Assembly (NCBI GenBank): GCA_043808785.1
Contig: JAZDEL010000004.1
Location: forward strand, 168,739-200,738
Origin: Candidatus Iainarchaeum sp.
GTDB lineage: Archaea; Iainarchaeota; Iainarchaeia; Iainarchaeales; JAZDEL01
Length of the DNA: 32,000 nucleotides
Direction of reading: 5' to 3'
Below the pieces are notes generated by a model. That model saw nothing but the letters and a program-made list of their open reading frames with translations. It had not been told where the DNA came from and made no database searches. A program made the position numbers and the translations under genes. Positions 24,040-32,000 of this stretch are shown piece by piece (the stretch's first letter is position 1; the number at the start of each line of letters is the position of its first letter).

Positions 24040-27000
24040 ATGGCTAAGAAAGAGGACGTTGCAAAGAGCGCGCAGGAACTGATGTACAACAGGGAGAACA
24101 TCAGGAACATCGGCATAGTTGCGCACATCGACCACGGCAAGTGCGTTTCGGGCGCCACAAAAATCGCGCTCGCGGACGGCAGGTTTTCCGAAGCCGGGAA
24201 ACTTTATGAGGAACTCTGCAGGGCGGGAAAACCGGCAAGAAACAGCGCCGATGAGAAGGTTTTTGATGTTTCCGCCTGCAACATCGGGGTTTTTTCGCTC
24301 AACAAGAAAGATTTGAAACTGGAGAAGAAAAAAGTCAGCCACATATGGAAAATGAGGGAGCCGCGGGAACTTATTGAAGTTGCACTTTCAAACGGCATGC
24401 GCATAGAGACCACGCCGGAGCACAAATACCTCGTCCTGGATGAGTGTGGCAAGACCGCAGAAGTCAGGGCCGGGGAACTGGCAGAAGGAACGTTTATTGT
24501 CTGCCCGAGGCGGCTGGAACACGAACCGCTGCAGCCTGAAGAGTTCAAGATGCGGGTTCTGGAAAGGCTTGGAATTGATAACTCTTTTTTTGTTGTGCTG
24601 GAAAAAAATGCGGGCACGGAACTGAGGGGGAAAATACTCGGAAACGGAATGGCGAAAACAAGGGAAACCATAAAAAGCGCGCTTGGAAAGAAGGGGTTTG
24701 CGTGCGCGGTTTACGCAAACAGGTACAGGATTCAGGATTATCTCGCGCTGGCAGAGCTGTTTGGAATCGGCAAGCATTATGATGCGATTGAAAAAATAAA
24801 CTTCAGGCAGGGTGTCAGGAAAGAGGGGCATTCTTCGCTCTGGCTGAAACTGCCGAAAACCGGCAGGGAACTGACAGAACTCGCGTATCTTCTGGGGGTT
24901 ATCTGGGGCGACGGCGGAATTTCGGGAAAGGAGATAAGGGTAACTAACGAGAGCGCGCAAATGCAGTGCGAGATTAAGAGGATAGTCGCCGAACTTTTCA
25001 GCAGGGATGTGAGGATTAAGAAGTACGGCAATAAGGCGACGAGAATTGATTTAAAACTTGGCAGGACATTTACGGAACTGCTGGTTTCTGTTTTTGGACT
25101 GCCGAGGAAAAACAAGGCACACTCGATTGCGGTGCCAGAACTTTTGCAAATGCTGCCAAAGGAACACATGCGGGCATTTATGCAGGGTTATTTCGACACC
25201 GACGGCACGCTCGAGGTTTCGAGGAGGGCTGTGAGCATATGCTCCGCCTCAAAGCGCATGATGGAGGAGCTGCAACTGAACCTGCTGAAATTTGGCTGCC
25301 TCGCGACATTCAACAGCGGGAAGCAGGCACTCTATATTTCGGCATCAAATATGGAAATGTTTGCGGAAAAAATCGGATTCAGGCTGGAGTCAAAGCGCAA
25401 CAGGCTGAACGCGCTGCTTGAAAAAGTCGAGGCGCCAAACAGGAACACCGATTTGCTGCCGCTGAAGCCAGCCGTGCTGAAAGAATTGAGGGAAAAAATG
25501 GGGCTTGCGCAGTCGGACTTTTTCTCATCCTATGGGCCTGTCGAGAGGGGGCAGATACCGCTCTATGCGCAGCACCTTGACGAGGCGATAAATGTTTTCT
25601 ACAGGCACGCGGGGAATCCGAAGATAAAGGACCACAAAGCATGGCAGAGGATGCAGGAACTGGAGAAAATAAGCCATGCGTGTTACTATCCGCAAATTGC
25701 GGAAATAAAAAGAAAAGAGTTCAATGGCTGGGTTTATGATTTCACGGTTCCCGGCAACCATAATTTCATCGGGAACGGCTGCATCGTGCACAATACGACA
25801 ATGACCGACTCGCTTGTTGCCGCCGCCGGGCTGATTTCGCAGGAACTCGCGGGCAAGCAGTGCTTCATGGATTTCTACCACGTGGAACAGGAGCGCGGAA
25901 TAACGATAAACGCGGCGAACATCTCGCTCGGGCACGAGTACAAGGGCAATAAATACCTCATTAACGTGATAGACACGCCGGGGCACATAGACTTCGGCGG
26001 GGAAGTGATAAGGGCAATGCGCGCGGTGGACGGCGTGGTTGTCGTTGTAGATTCGGTTGAAGGTGCGATGCCGCAGACAGAAACCGTGATAAGGCAGGCG
26101 CTCCTGGAGCATGTCAAGCCCGTGCTTTTCATAAACAAGGTCGACAGGCTTGTGAACGAACTTAAGGTCACGCAGGAGGAGATGCAGCAGAGGTTCCTGA
26201 AAACCATAGCAAGCATAAACAGCCTGATAAGGAAGAACACCCCCAAGGGCTTCGAGGACAGGTGGCTTGTGCATGTGGAGAAGGGCAGCGTTGTTTTCGG
26301 CTCGGGCTTCCACAAATGGGCGGTGAGCGTGCCGAGGATGAAGGAAACTGGCGTTACTTTCAAGGACGTTTACGATTACTGCAAGGCGGGGAAGCAGAAG
26401 GAACTGAGCGAGAAGAGCCCCCTGCACCTTGCAATACTTGAGATGGTCGTTAACCACTTGCCCAGCCCGCAGGAAGCACAAAAATACCGCATTCCCGCCA
26501 TATGGGCTGGGGAAAAGGAAAGCGAGATAGGCAAGGCGATGCTTGCATGCGACCCTAAAGGGCCTTTCTCGATGATGGTTATGGATGTTTCCGTGGACAC
26601 GCACGCGGGGGATATTGCGACAGGCAGGGTTTACAGCGGCACCGCGAAAAAGGGAATGATGGTTAAGGCATTGGGATTGAAGAAAGAGGTTGCACTGCAG
26701 CAGGTCGGGATTTTCATGGGGCCCGACAGGGTTACAGTCGAGGAGGTTCCCGCGGGGAACATTGCCGCGCTTGTCGGCCTGAAGGAAGTTTTCGCGGGGG
26801 AAACGATTTCGAGCAGCGAGGAGATGACGGAGTTTGAAAGTTTCATGAGCAGTTCGGAGCCGGTGATGACCGTCAGCGTCGAGGCGAAGCACACGAAGGA
26901 TTTGCCGAAACTGATTGAAGTTATAAGGCAGATAAGCAAGGAAGACCCGAACGTGAGGGCTTCGATAAATCAGGAAACCGGCGAGCATTTAATTTCAGGG

Positions 27001-27888
27001 ATGGGGGAACTGCACCTCGAGATTACGCAGGGGCGCATAGAGGTGGACCACAAGATTCCGATACAGGTAAGCCCGCCGATTGTGGTTTACAGGGAACTCA
27101 TAAACAAGGCAAGCCCTCAGCTGGAGGCAAAAAGCCCGAACAAGCACAACAAGTTCAAGCTGGTCGCGGAGCCCATCCCTAAGGAAATACTGGACAACAT
27201 TATCGAGCACAGGATAGAGGGAAAGGTAAGGATGAAAGACAAGGAGATTGTGGGGAAGTTCCAGGAGTGCGGGTTCGAAACCGATGTTTCGAAGCGCATA
27301 TGGGCTGTGCACAACAACTGCGTGCTTATAGACATGACCCGCGGAATACAGTCGCTGCACGAGATAAAGGAGCTTGTGATTCAGGGCTTCAACGACGCGA
27401 TGGATGCGGGGCCGCTTGCGAAGGAGAAATGCTTCGGGGTAATGGTAAAGATGAACGACGCGACACTGCACGAGGACGCGATACACCGCGGGCCCGCGCA
27501 GATACTGCCGTGCATTACGCGCGGGATTTACGCGTGCATGCTTGCCGCGGACCCGATACTTTTGGAGCCGAAGCAGATACTCACGATTAATGTTCCGCAG
27601 GATTATATGGGCGCCGTGAGCAAGGAACTTGGCTCGCGCAGGACGCAGATAACGGACATGCGCACCGAGGGGGACAGCAGCATAATTGTAGGAAGGGCGC
27701 CTGTGAAGGAACTTATCGGGTTTTCAAAGGATATCAGGAGCGCGACGCAGGGTTACGCGATATGGACCGCGGAGTACTGCGGTTATGAGCCTCTGCCGAG
27801 GGAACTGCAGAAGCAGGTCATAACGGAAGTAAGGAAGAGGAAGGGCATGGACCCCGAGGTCAAGCCTTACTCGTTCTTTTTGGAGTAG
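24040..27888 (+). CDS. fusA: translation elongation factor aEF-2, interrupted in frame by an intein
   Basis: NIGIVAHIDHGK | intein | TTMTDSLVAAAG. DTPGHIDF, NKVDR, diphthamide-region HEDAIHRGPAQ. The extein total of 731 aa is typical for aEF-2. Confidence 0.95.
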   Translation: MAKKEDVAKSAQELMYNRENIRNIGIVAHIDHGKCVSGATKIALADGRFSEAGKLYEELCRAGKPARNSADEKVFDVSACNIGVFSLNKKDLKLEKKKVSHIWKMREPRELIEVALSNGMRIETTPEHKYLVLDECGKTAEVRAGELAEGTFIVCPRRLEHEPLQPEEFKMRVLERLGIDNSFFVVLEKNAGTELRGKILGNGMAKTRETIKSALGKKGFACAVYANRYRIQDYLALAELFGIGKHYDAIEKINFRQGVRKEGHSSLWLKLPKTGRELTELAYLLGVIWGDGGISGKEIRVTNESAQMQCEIKRIVAELFSRDVRIKKYGNKATRIDLKLGRTFTELLVSVFGLPRKNKAHSIAVPELLQMLPKEHMRAFMQGYFDTDGTLEVSRRAVSICSASKRMMEELQLNLLKFGCLATFNSGKQALYISASNMEMFAEKIGFRLESKRNRLNALLEKVEAPNRNTDLLPLKPAVLKELREKMGLAQSDFFSSYGPVERGQIPLYAQHLDEAINVFYRHAGNPKIKDHKAWQRMQELEKISHACYYPQIAEIKRKEFNGWVYDFTVPGNHNFIGNGCIVHNTTMTDSLVAAAGLISQELAGKQCFMDFYHVEQERGITINAANISLGHEYKGNKYLINVIDTPGHIDFGGEVIRAMRAVDGVVVVVDSVEGAMPQTETVIRQALLEHVKPVLFINKVDRLVNELKVTQEEMQQRFLKTIASINSLIRKNTPKGFEDRWLVHVEKGSVVFGSGFHKWAVSVPRMKETGVTFKDVYDYCKAGKQKELSEKSPLHLAILEMVVNHLPSPQEAQKYRIPAIWAGEKESEIGKAMLACDPKGPFSMMVMDVSVDTHAGDIATGRVYSGTAKKGMMVKALGLKKEVALQQVGIFMGPDRVTVEEVPAGNIAALVGLKEVFAGETISSSEEMTEFESFMSSSEPVMTVSVEAKHTKDLPKLIEVIRQISKEDPNVRASINQETGEHLISGMGELHLEITQGRIEVDHKIPIQVSPPIVVYRELINKASPQLEAKSPNKHNKFKLVAEPIPKEILDNIIEHRIEGKVRMKDKEIVGKFQECGFETDVSKRIWAVHNNCVLIDMTRGIQSLHEIKELVIQGFNDAMDAGPLAKEKCFGVMVKMNDATLHEDAIHRGPAQILPCITRGIYACMLAADPILLEPKQILTINVPQDYMGAVSKELGSRRTQITDMRTEGDSSIIVGRAPVKELIGFSKDIRSATQGYAIWTAEYCGYEPLPRELQKQVITEVRKRKGMDPEVKPYSFFLE
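24142..25794 (+). mobile_element. 551-aa intein with LAGLIDADG homing endonuclease domain
   Basis: Begins with Cys (CVSGATKIALADG). Block B TPEH. LAGLIDADG motifs LAYLLGVIWGDGG and FMQGYFDTDG. Block F VYDFTVPGNHNFIGNG. Ends IVHN, followed by Thr +1. Length is 1653 nt, in frame. Confidence 0.9.
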
Positions 27889-27915
27889 CGCCTGTGCTAA
27901 CCAGCCACTTGGCGG

Positions 27916-28344
27916 CTAGCCGATTATTTTCCGTATTTTCCCTATGAAACTTTCGGTTTTTTCGCAAAGGACGGGGAGGTCCTCGCCGAATTTCACTTTC
28001 ACTACGCCGTACTGCACTTCCTGCCTCATTCCGCGGAGAATGTCGAACAGCGAGAGGTCTGCTGAACTGAGGGCCCCTGCATCACAGTATTTCTCCTCGA
28101 GGTATTTCTGCAGGCAGTAGTGGCTCTTTTCCTTTACGCCGTCGATGCAGAGGAGGGCACGGGCTGCGTGGAAAGCGGCATTGTAAAGCGCGATTGCCGC
28201 CATTTCGTTCTTGGCGATTTCAAGGAGGTCGGTTGCCTCGCCGAGGAAGAAATCCCCCTGCCTGAGGTCCTGCAGGGCAAGGCTCCTGCTTTTTGCAGTG
28301 CTTTTAAGCAGGCCCTTTTCAAAGCAATCCTTTACGGCACCCAT
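27916..28344 (-). CDS. HEPN domain protein
   Basis: 142 aa from ATG 28344. All-helical HEPN-like pattern (A...L..A......A..LYNAAFHAARALL...G...KSH) and distal RGMRQEVQYG (R-x4-Y in place of R-x4-6-H). Confidence 0.7.
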   Translation of the reverse strand: MGAVKDCFEKGLLKSTAKSRSLALQDLRQGDFFLGEATDLLEIAKNEMAAIALYNAAFHAARALLCIDGVKEKSHYCLQKYLEEKYCDAGALSSADLSLFDILRGMRQEVQYGVVKVKFGEDLPVLCEKTESFIGKIRKIIG

Positions 28345-28450
28345 GTGGAAACGCCCGAAAATATCTGGCACGAGGCGTTTTAATTGCCTTTCGGGACCAG
28401 ATTTCCGGTGCGAAATATTGTTTTTTTATGTGAACAAAATGTTTTTATAT

Positions 28451-29035
28451 ATGAACGATTACAATAATACTGTGAGTGAAATGGGATGGATAGATTTCCT
28501 CGACAGGAGCGCGTTCATGCTTATCGAGGCGCTTGCGGAAAAAAAACAGCACCTGCGCGGGCTTGCCGAAGCAACTGGGCTTGCGCCGAGTACCGTGCAC
28601 AAGAAAATGTCAGCAATGCTCGGGCAGGAGATGGTTATCGCGGAGAAGCGGAAAAACGCGAAGTTTTTTGCCCCGAATTACGCATCTCCGCTGACCGCAA
28701 AAACGATTTCGCTTATTTTTGCCGCAAAAATAACAAACTGCAGGGCGTTCGCGAAACTGAAAAAAATGAAGCCGCTCGGCATTTACGTGTTCGGCACTGC
28801 CGCAAGCGGAAAAATTGCCGCGGACAGCGACATCGACCTTGCGGTTCTTTTTGAAAAAAAGCCGGACATGATTGCCCTGGGCGAAATAAAAATGCAGATG
28901 GGCAACGAACTAGGAAGGGAGGTTCAGGTTATTGCCCTGACCCCCGAGAAGGTCAGGAGCATGGAAAAAGAGGGCGCGGAACTGCTGCGTGAGATAAGGT
29001 GTAAATCCGCGGTTTTGTGGGGCGCGGAGTTTTAG
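28451..29035 (+). CDS. wHTH + minimal nucleotidyltransferase (MNT) domain protein
   Basis: NTase motif GIYVFGTAASGKIAADSDIDLAVLF (G-[ST]-x9-DxD). N-terminal HTH-like LAEATGLAPSTVHKKMSAML. The start is uncertain (in-frame ATGs at 28439, 28451 and 28481; a TTTTTATATA box at 28442-28451 would favour 28481). Confidence 0.75.
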   Translation: MNDYNNTVSEMGWIDFLDRSAFMLIEALAEKKQHLRGLAEATGLAPSTVHKKMSAMLGQEMVIAEKRKNAKFFAPNYASPLTAKTISLIFAAKITNCRAFAKLKKMKPLGIYVFGTAASGKIAADSDIDLAVLFEKKPDMIALGEIKMQMGNELGREVQVIALTPEKVRSMEKEGAELLREIRCKSAVLWGAEF

Positions 29036-29088
29036 GCGCGGGCGCGGTTTGCAGAACCGCAAACAAAACAAACCCGCGCGCCTGCAAA

Positions 29089-29155
29089 CCCGCGCGCCGC
29101 CCTATTTTGCCTCTCGGCAAAATTGGCGCATTCGGCTCAAGCCGAATAGCGCGGG
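29089..29155. repeat. two-hairpin structured element, copy 2
   Basis: Outer stem CCCGCGC/GCGCGGG. CT-[ATTTTGCC tctc GGCAAAAT]-TGGCGC. [ATTCGGCT ca AGCCGAAT]. Preceded by the direct repeat AAACCCGCGCGCC x2 (29070-29082 and 29086-29098). Confidence 0.6.
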
Positions 29156-29220
29156 TTGCTGTTTTTGGGGGAGGTTTATTTTTCACGCCCGCGGATGTGC
29201 CAAACCCGCCCAAAACCCCT

Positions 29221-29250
29221 GAAAAAACCCCGCAGATTTAACGTTTATAA
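29221..29250 (+). promoter_or_regulatory. aEF-1alpha promoter: GAAAAAACCCCGCAGA motif + TATA TTTATAA
   Basis: 16-mer at 29221-29236 and TATA at 29244-29250. SD GGAGGT lies 8 nt before ATG 29295. Confidence 0.5.
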
Positions 29251-29294
29251 GGCTTTTGTTTTAAGATTAGGTATTACATCGGAGGTAGTTTAAA

Positions 29295-30563
29295 ATGGCG
29301 GAGAAACCACATCTGAATCTTGTGTTTATTGGCCACGTCGACCACGGCAAGAGCACGCTTGTAGGGAGATTGCTCTACGACACAGGCTCGCTCAGCGAGC
29401 AGGATTACAGGAAGCTTAAGGCCGAAGCCGATGCAATGGGCAAAGGCACATTTGCGTTCGCCTACGCAATGGACACCCTCAAGGAAGAGAGGGAGCGCGG
29501 TGTCACAATCGACGTCTCTTACAAGAAATTCGTCGCAAAGAACAACGTATTCACGATAATCGACGCACCCGGGCACAGGGACTTTGTAAAGAACATGATT
29601 ACAGGCACAAGCCAGGCTGATGCCGCTGTGCTTGTTGTGGCGGCAAAGGAAGGCATACAGCCGCAGACAAAGGAGCACGCATTCCTTGCTCAGGTCATGG
29701 GGCTGAAGCAGCTGCTTATTGCGGTAAACAAGATGGATGAGGTAAAGTACGACGAGAAGAAGTACAACGAAATAAAGGGCGACATGGAGAAGCTGCTCGG
29801 AGGCATAGGGTATAAGTCCGACACCCTCAAGTTCGTGCCGATAAGCGCATGGGAAGGGGACAATGTTGTCAAGAAGTCGGACAAGATGGCATGGTATAAA
29901 GGAGCGACACTTGTCGACACCCTTGACGGGTTCAAAGCGCCCCCATCGCCGACAGACAAGCCGCTCAGGATGCCCATACAGGATGTTTACAACATCAAGG
30001 GTGTCGGAACTGTCCCGGTTGGCAGGGTCGAGACAGGCATACTGAAGCCCGGCGACAAGATAATCGTTATGCCCTCGGGAAAGCAGGGCGAAGTAAAGAC
30101 AATCGAGGCGCACCACGAGCAGCTGCCGCAGGCGCTGCCCGGCGACAACATCGGGTTCAACGTGCGCGGCCTTGAGAAAAAGGATGTTGCGCGCGGGGAC
30201 GTTGTTGGGCACACGAACAACGTGCCTACAGTTGCTAAAGACTTCACAGCGCAGATTGTGGTGCTTGCGCACCCGACTGCGGTGCCTGTGAACTACACGC
30301 CCGTGTTCCACATACACACCGCACAGCTGAGCTGCTCCATCACGGAGATACAGAAGAAGCTCGACCCGAAGACAGGTGCAGAGAAGGAAAAGGACCCGAA
30401 GTTCCTGAAGACGGGGGACGCTGCGATAGTTAAAATCGTCCCGACCAAGCCGGTAGTTGTGGAGGAATACAAGAAATTCCCCCAGCTTGGAAGGTTCGCG
30501 ATAAGGGACATGGGCCAGACAGTTGCAGCGGGAGTGATACTCTCCATAACCCCGAGAAAGTAA
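29295..30563 (+). CDS. tuf: translation elongation factor aEF-1alpha
   Basis: [27 protein letters not shown]. 422 aa. Confidence 0.95.
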   Translation: MAEKPHLNLVFIGHVDHGKSTLVGRLLYDTGSLSEQDYRKLKAEADAMGKGTFAFAYAMDTLKEERERGVTIDVSYKKFVAKNNVFTIIDAPGHRDFVKNMITGTSQADAAVLVVAAKEGIQPQTKEHAFLAQVMGLKQLLIAVNKMDEVKYDEKKYNEIKGDMEKLLGGIGYKSDTLKFVPISAWEGDNVVKKSDKMAWYKGATLVDTLDGFKAPPSPTDKPLRMPIQDVYNIKGVGTVPVGRVETGILKPGDKIIVMPSGKQGEVKTIEAHHEQLPQALPGDNIGFNVRGLEKKDVARGDVVGHTNNVPTVAKDFTAQIVVLAHPTAVPVNYTPVFHIHTAQLSCSITEIQKKLDPKTGAEKEKDPKFLKTGDAAIVKIVPTKPVVVEEYKKFPQLGRFAIRDMGQTVAAGVILSITPRK

Positions 30564-30573
30564 AAATTACATA

Positions 30574-30624
30574 TGAGAAAAGAAAAGGAACCGGCGCTTT
30601 TGCCGGTTTCTATATCCCTTTTCT
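30574..30624 (+). terminator. nested hairpin between tuf and rps10
   Basis: GAGAAAAG...CTTTTCTC (30574-30581 / 30617-30624) encloses AACCGGC-gctttt-GCCGGTT (30588-30607). The flank is T-rich. Confidence 0.4.
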
Positions 30625-30656
30625 CGCCATTGGGTTTATTATTTTGGTGAGCGGGA

Positions 30657-30965
30657 ATGCAGAAGGCGAGGATAAGGCTGACAAGCCCTGACTATAAAAG
30701 GCTGAATGCCGTTTGCGACAGCATTATCGACATTGCCGAGAAGACGGGCGTGAAGCACTCGGGAAAGATTGCACTCCCCACCAAGAAACTTCTTATACCC
30801 ACGCGCAAGAGCCCGTGCGGCGGGGGCACGGAAAGCTACGAGAAATGGCAGATGCGCATCCACAAAAGGCTGATTGATATCGAGGCTGATGAACGCACCC
30901 TGAGAAGGGTTATGCGCGTCGAAATTCCGGAAAACGTGCATCTTGAGATTGAGCTGAAAGGGTAA
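30657..30965 (+). CDS. rps10: 30S ribosomal protein S10 (uS10)
   Basis: 102 aa. ARIRLTS.D...L......I...A...G....G.IALPTK, and C-terminal RLIDI. SD GGTGA. Confidence 0.9.
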   Translation: MQKARIRLTSPDYKRLNAVCDSIIDIAEKTGVKHSGKIALPTKKLLIPTRKSPCGGGTESYEKWQMRIHKRLIDIEADERTLRRVMRVEIPENVHLEIELKG

Positions 30966-31030
30966 GCACACCTTGCAACGCACAGATAAATAACCAAAAC
31001 CACAAAACGGTTTCTTGGTTCAAGACGGTT

Positions 31031-31207
31031 ATGTTCAAATTCTGTAATTTACAGAATTTGCGAATGGCGGCGATTGGGATGAAAGTGGTCAAGATAAAGG
31101 GAAAAAGGGAACCGATTACAATGGCTGAGTGGAAGGACGTGAAGGATATCGTGAAGGCGCACCTGAAGGAGTATAAGGAATTTTACTCAGAGCTTGCGGA
31201 ACTGTGA
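31031..31207 (+). CDS. small hypothetical protein (58 aa; alternative starts at 31064 and 31079)
   Basis: Below the track cutoff. The charged helical C-terminus (WKDVKDIVKAHLKEYKEFYSELAEL) is consistent with a coding region. The perfect palindrome TTCTGTAA-T-TTACAGAA (31040-31056) lies near its 5' end. Confidence 0.35.
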   Translation: MFKFCNLQNLRMAAIGMKVVKIKGKREPITMAEWKDVKDIVKAHLKEYKEFYSELAEL

Positions 31208-31275
31208 TTTCGGCATCGGCGGGGTGCAGGGAAAAGGTTATTAATACCATATTAGGCACATATTAATGTGATGTT

Positions 31276-31518
31276 ATGCCTACCGCAATCGTAGTCCTTG
31301 ATGACGCGGCAAACCGCGTTATCAACATGGTCAAGGCAAAATACTGCCTGCGGGACAAAAGTGCGGCGATAAACAAGATGGCGGAGGAATATGAGGAGGA
31401 GCTCCTTGAGCCGGAACTGAAGCCGGAATATATAGAAAAGCTCCGCAGGATTGAAAAGGAAAAAACCGTCAAAATAAAGGATATTGACGCCTATTTCGAC
31501 AGCCTCCGCAAGAGATGA
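31276..31518 (+). CDS. putative antitoxin (archaeal RelB/RHH-like)
   Basis: 80 aa. N-terminal beta-strand/helix pattern IVVLDDAANRVINMVKAKYCLRDKSAAINKM and an acidic C-terminus. 4-nt overlap (ATGA) with the downstream toxin. Inverted repeat ATTAATA...TATTAAT (31240-31267) in the promoter. Confidence 0.6.
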   Translation: MPTAIVVLDDAANRVINMVKAKYCLRDKSAAINKMAEEYEEELLEPELKPEYIEKLRRIEKEKTVKIKDIDAYFDSLRKR

Positions 31519-31790
31519 TTTCCTTGCCTTATTCTCTTGAAACAAGGGGGCATGTGGAGAGAATATTTGAAAAAATAGCCAAGAAAGACCCTGTGCAGGA
31601 AGAGGCTGTAAAAAAGAAAATAAGGCAGATTCTTGAAGACCCGCACAGGTTCAAGCCCCTAAGGAAGCCCATGCAGGGAAAAAGAAGGGTTCACGCATTC
31701 GGGCCTTTCGTGCTCGTTTATTCCGTTCTGGAAAAAGAAAAAAAGGTAATAATAGAGGACTACGACCACCACGACAATATATACAAATGA
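31515..31790 (+). CDS. RelE/ParE-superfamily toxin
   Basis: 91 aa. ...I.KKI..ILEDPHRFKPLR.PMQG.RRVH.GPFVLVY.V..E.K.V.I.DYDHHD.IY is a typical archaeal RelE pattern. Confidence 0.7.
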   Translation: MISLPYSLETRGHVERIFEKIAKKDPVQEEAVKKKIRQILEDPHRFKPLRKPMQGKRRVHAFGPFVLVYSVLEKEKKVIIEDYDHHDNIYK

Positions 31791-31934
31791 TAGCGCGGCG
31801 GCGCGCGGGTTCCACTCAGTGCGGAAAACCGCCCGCGGTTACCCTTATATTCTCATTTAATAACTATCATATTATGAATGTTATGAAAACCCCGAAATAG
31901 TGGAACAATACACAACACTATGGAGGTGGTTTGA

Positions 31935-32000
31935 GTGACGTTCTATGCGGGACTCGATGTCCATAAGGAGCACATAAACGCTGCTGTCGTGGACAGCAGG
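31935..32000 (+). mobile_element. IS110-family transposase, N-terminal fragment (runs off the window)
   Basis: GGAGGTG SD then GTG. VTFYAGLDVHKEHINAAVVDSR matches the conserved N-terminus of DEDD (IS110) transposases (iGiDvhK). Confidence 0.6.

Overview
Archaeal chromosomal window, roughly 50-55% GC by eye. Many genes have SD-like GGAGGTG/GGGGTGA motifs, and many others have a TATA box about 25-30 nt upstream of the ATG (leaderless type). The core (14.2-31.0 kb, + strand) is the conserved archaeal transcription/translation supercluster: rpoH, split rpoB''/rpoB', rpoA', rpoA'', rpl30e, nusA, rps12, rps7, aEF-2, aEF-1alpha, rps10. Three things interrupt or decorate it. A full-length 551-aa LAGLIDADG intein sits in the P-loop of aEF-2. 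A divergently transcribed HEPN / wHTH-nucleotidyltransferase pair is inserted between aEF-2 and aEF-1alpha. Unusually long structured spacers lie inside the rpo operon. Upstream, on the - strand, is a riboflavin module (RbkR-like regulator/kinase fusion, archaeal riboflavin synthase, lumazine synthase) and an MscS channel. Further left are a COG4880-type secreted beta-propeller protein, tRNA-Arg(CCG), a low-GC orphan ORF, an ABC-2 transporter pair, a PPC/DUF296 gene preceded by a 27-aa Lys-rich CGCGCGG peptide ORF, and three secreted Cys-rich or low-complexity proteins (Kazal-like, endostatin/DUF1554-like, Q/G/T-rich). The right end carries a RelB/RelE-like module and the start of an IS110-family transposase. 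The signals I consider most unusual are these. (i) Short relic copies of gene termini at three junctions (ribH 5' end, rpoB' 3' end / rpoA' 5' end, PPC 3' end) differ from the live copy only at silent positions, and each flanks a palindromic insert. (ii) A two-hairpin structured element occurs at two loci with compensatory changes. (iii) Dispersed short motifs recur (GAAAAAACCCCGCAGA upstream of TATA boxes; the CAAAACAAAAAA family, including inside a coding linker). (iv) The aEF-2 intein. (v) The toxin-antitoxin-like insert in the EF operon. All family assignments come from motif recognition by eye; no database search was run. The taxon is not determinable here. Split rpoB and divergent universal proteins suggest a euryarchaeal or DPANN-like uncultivated lineage.
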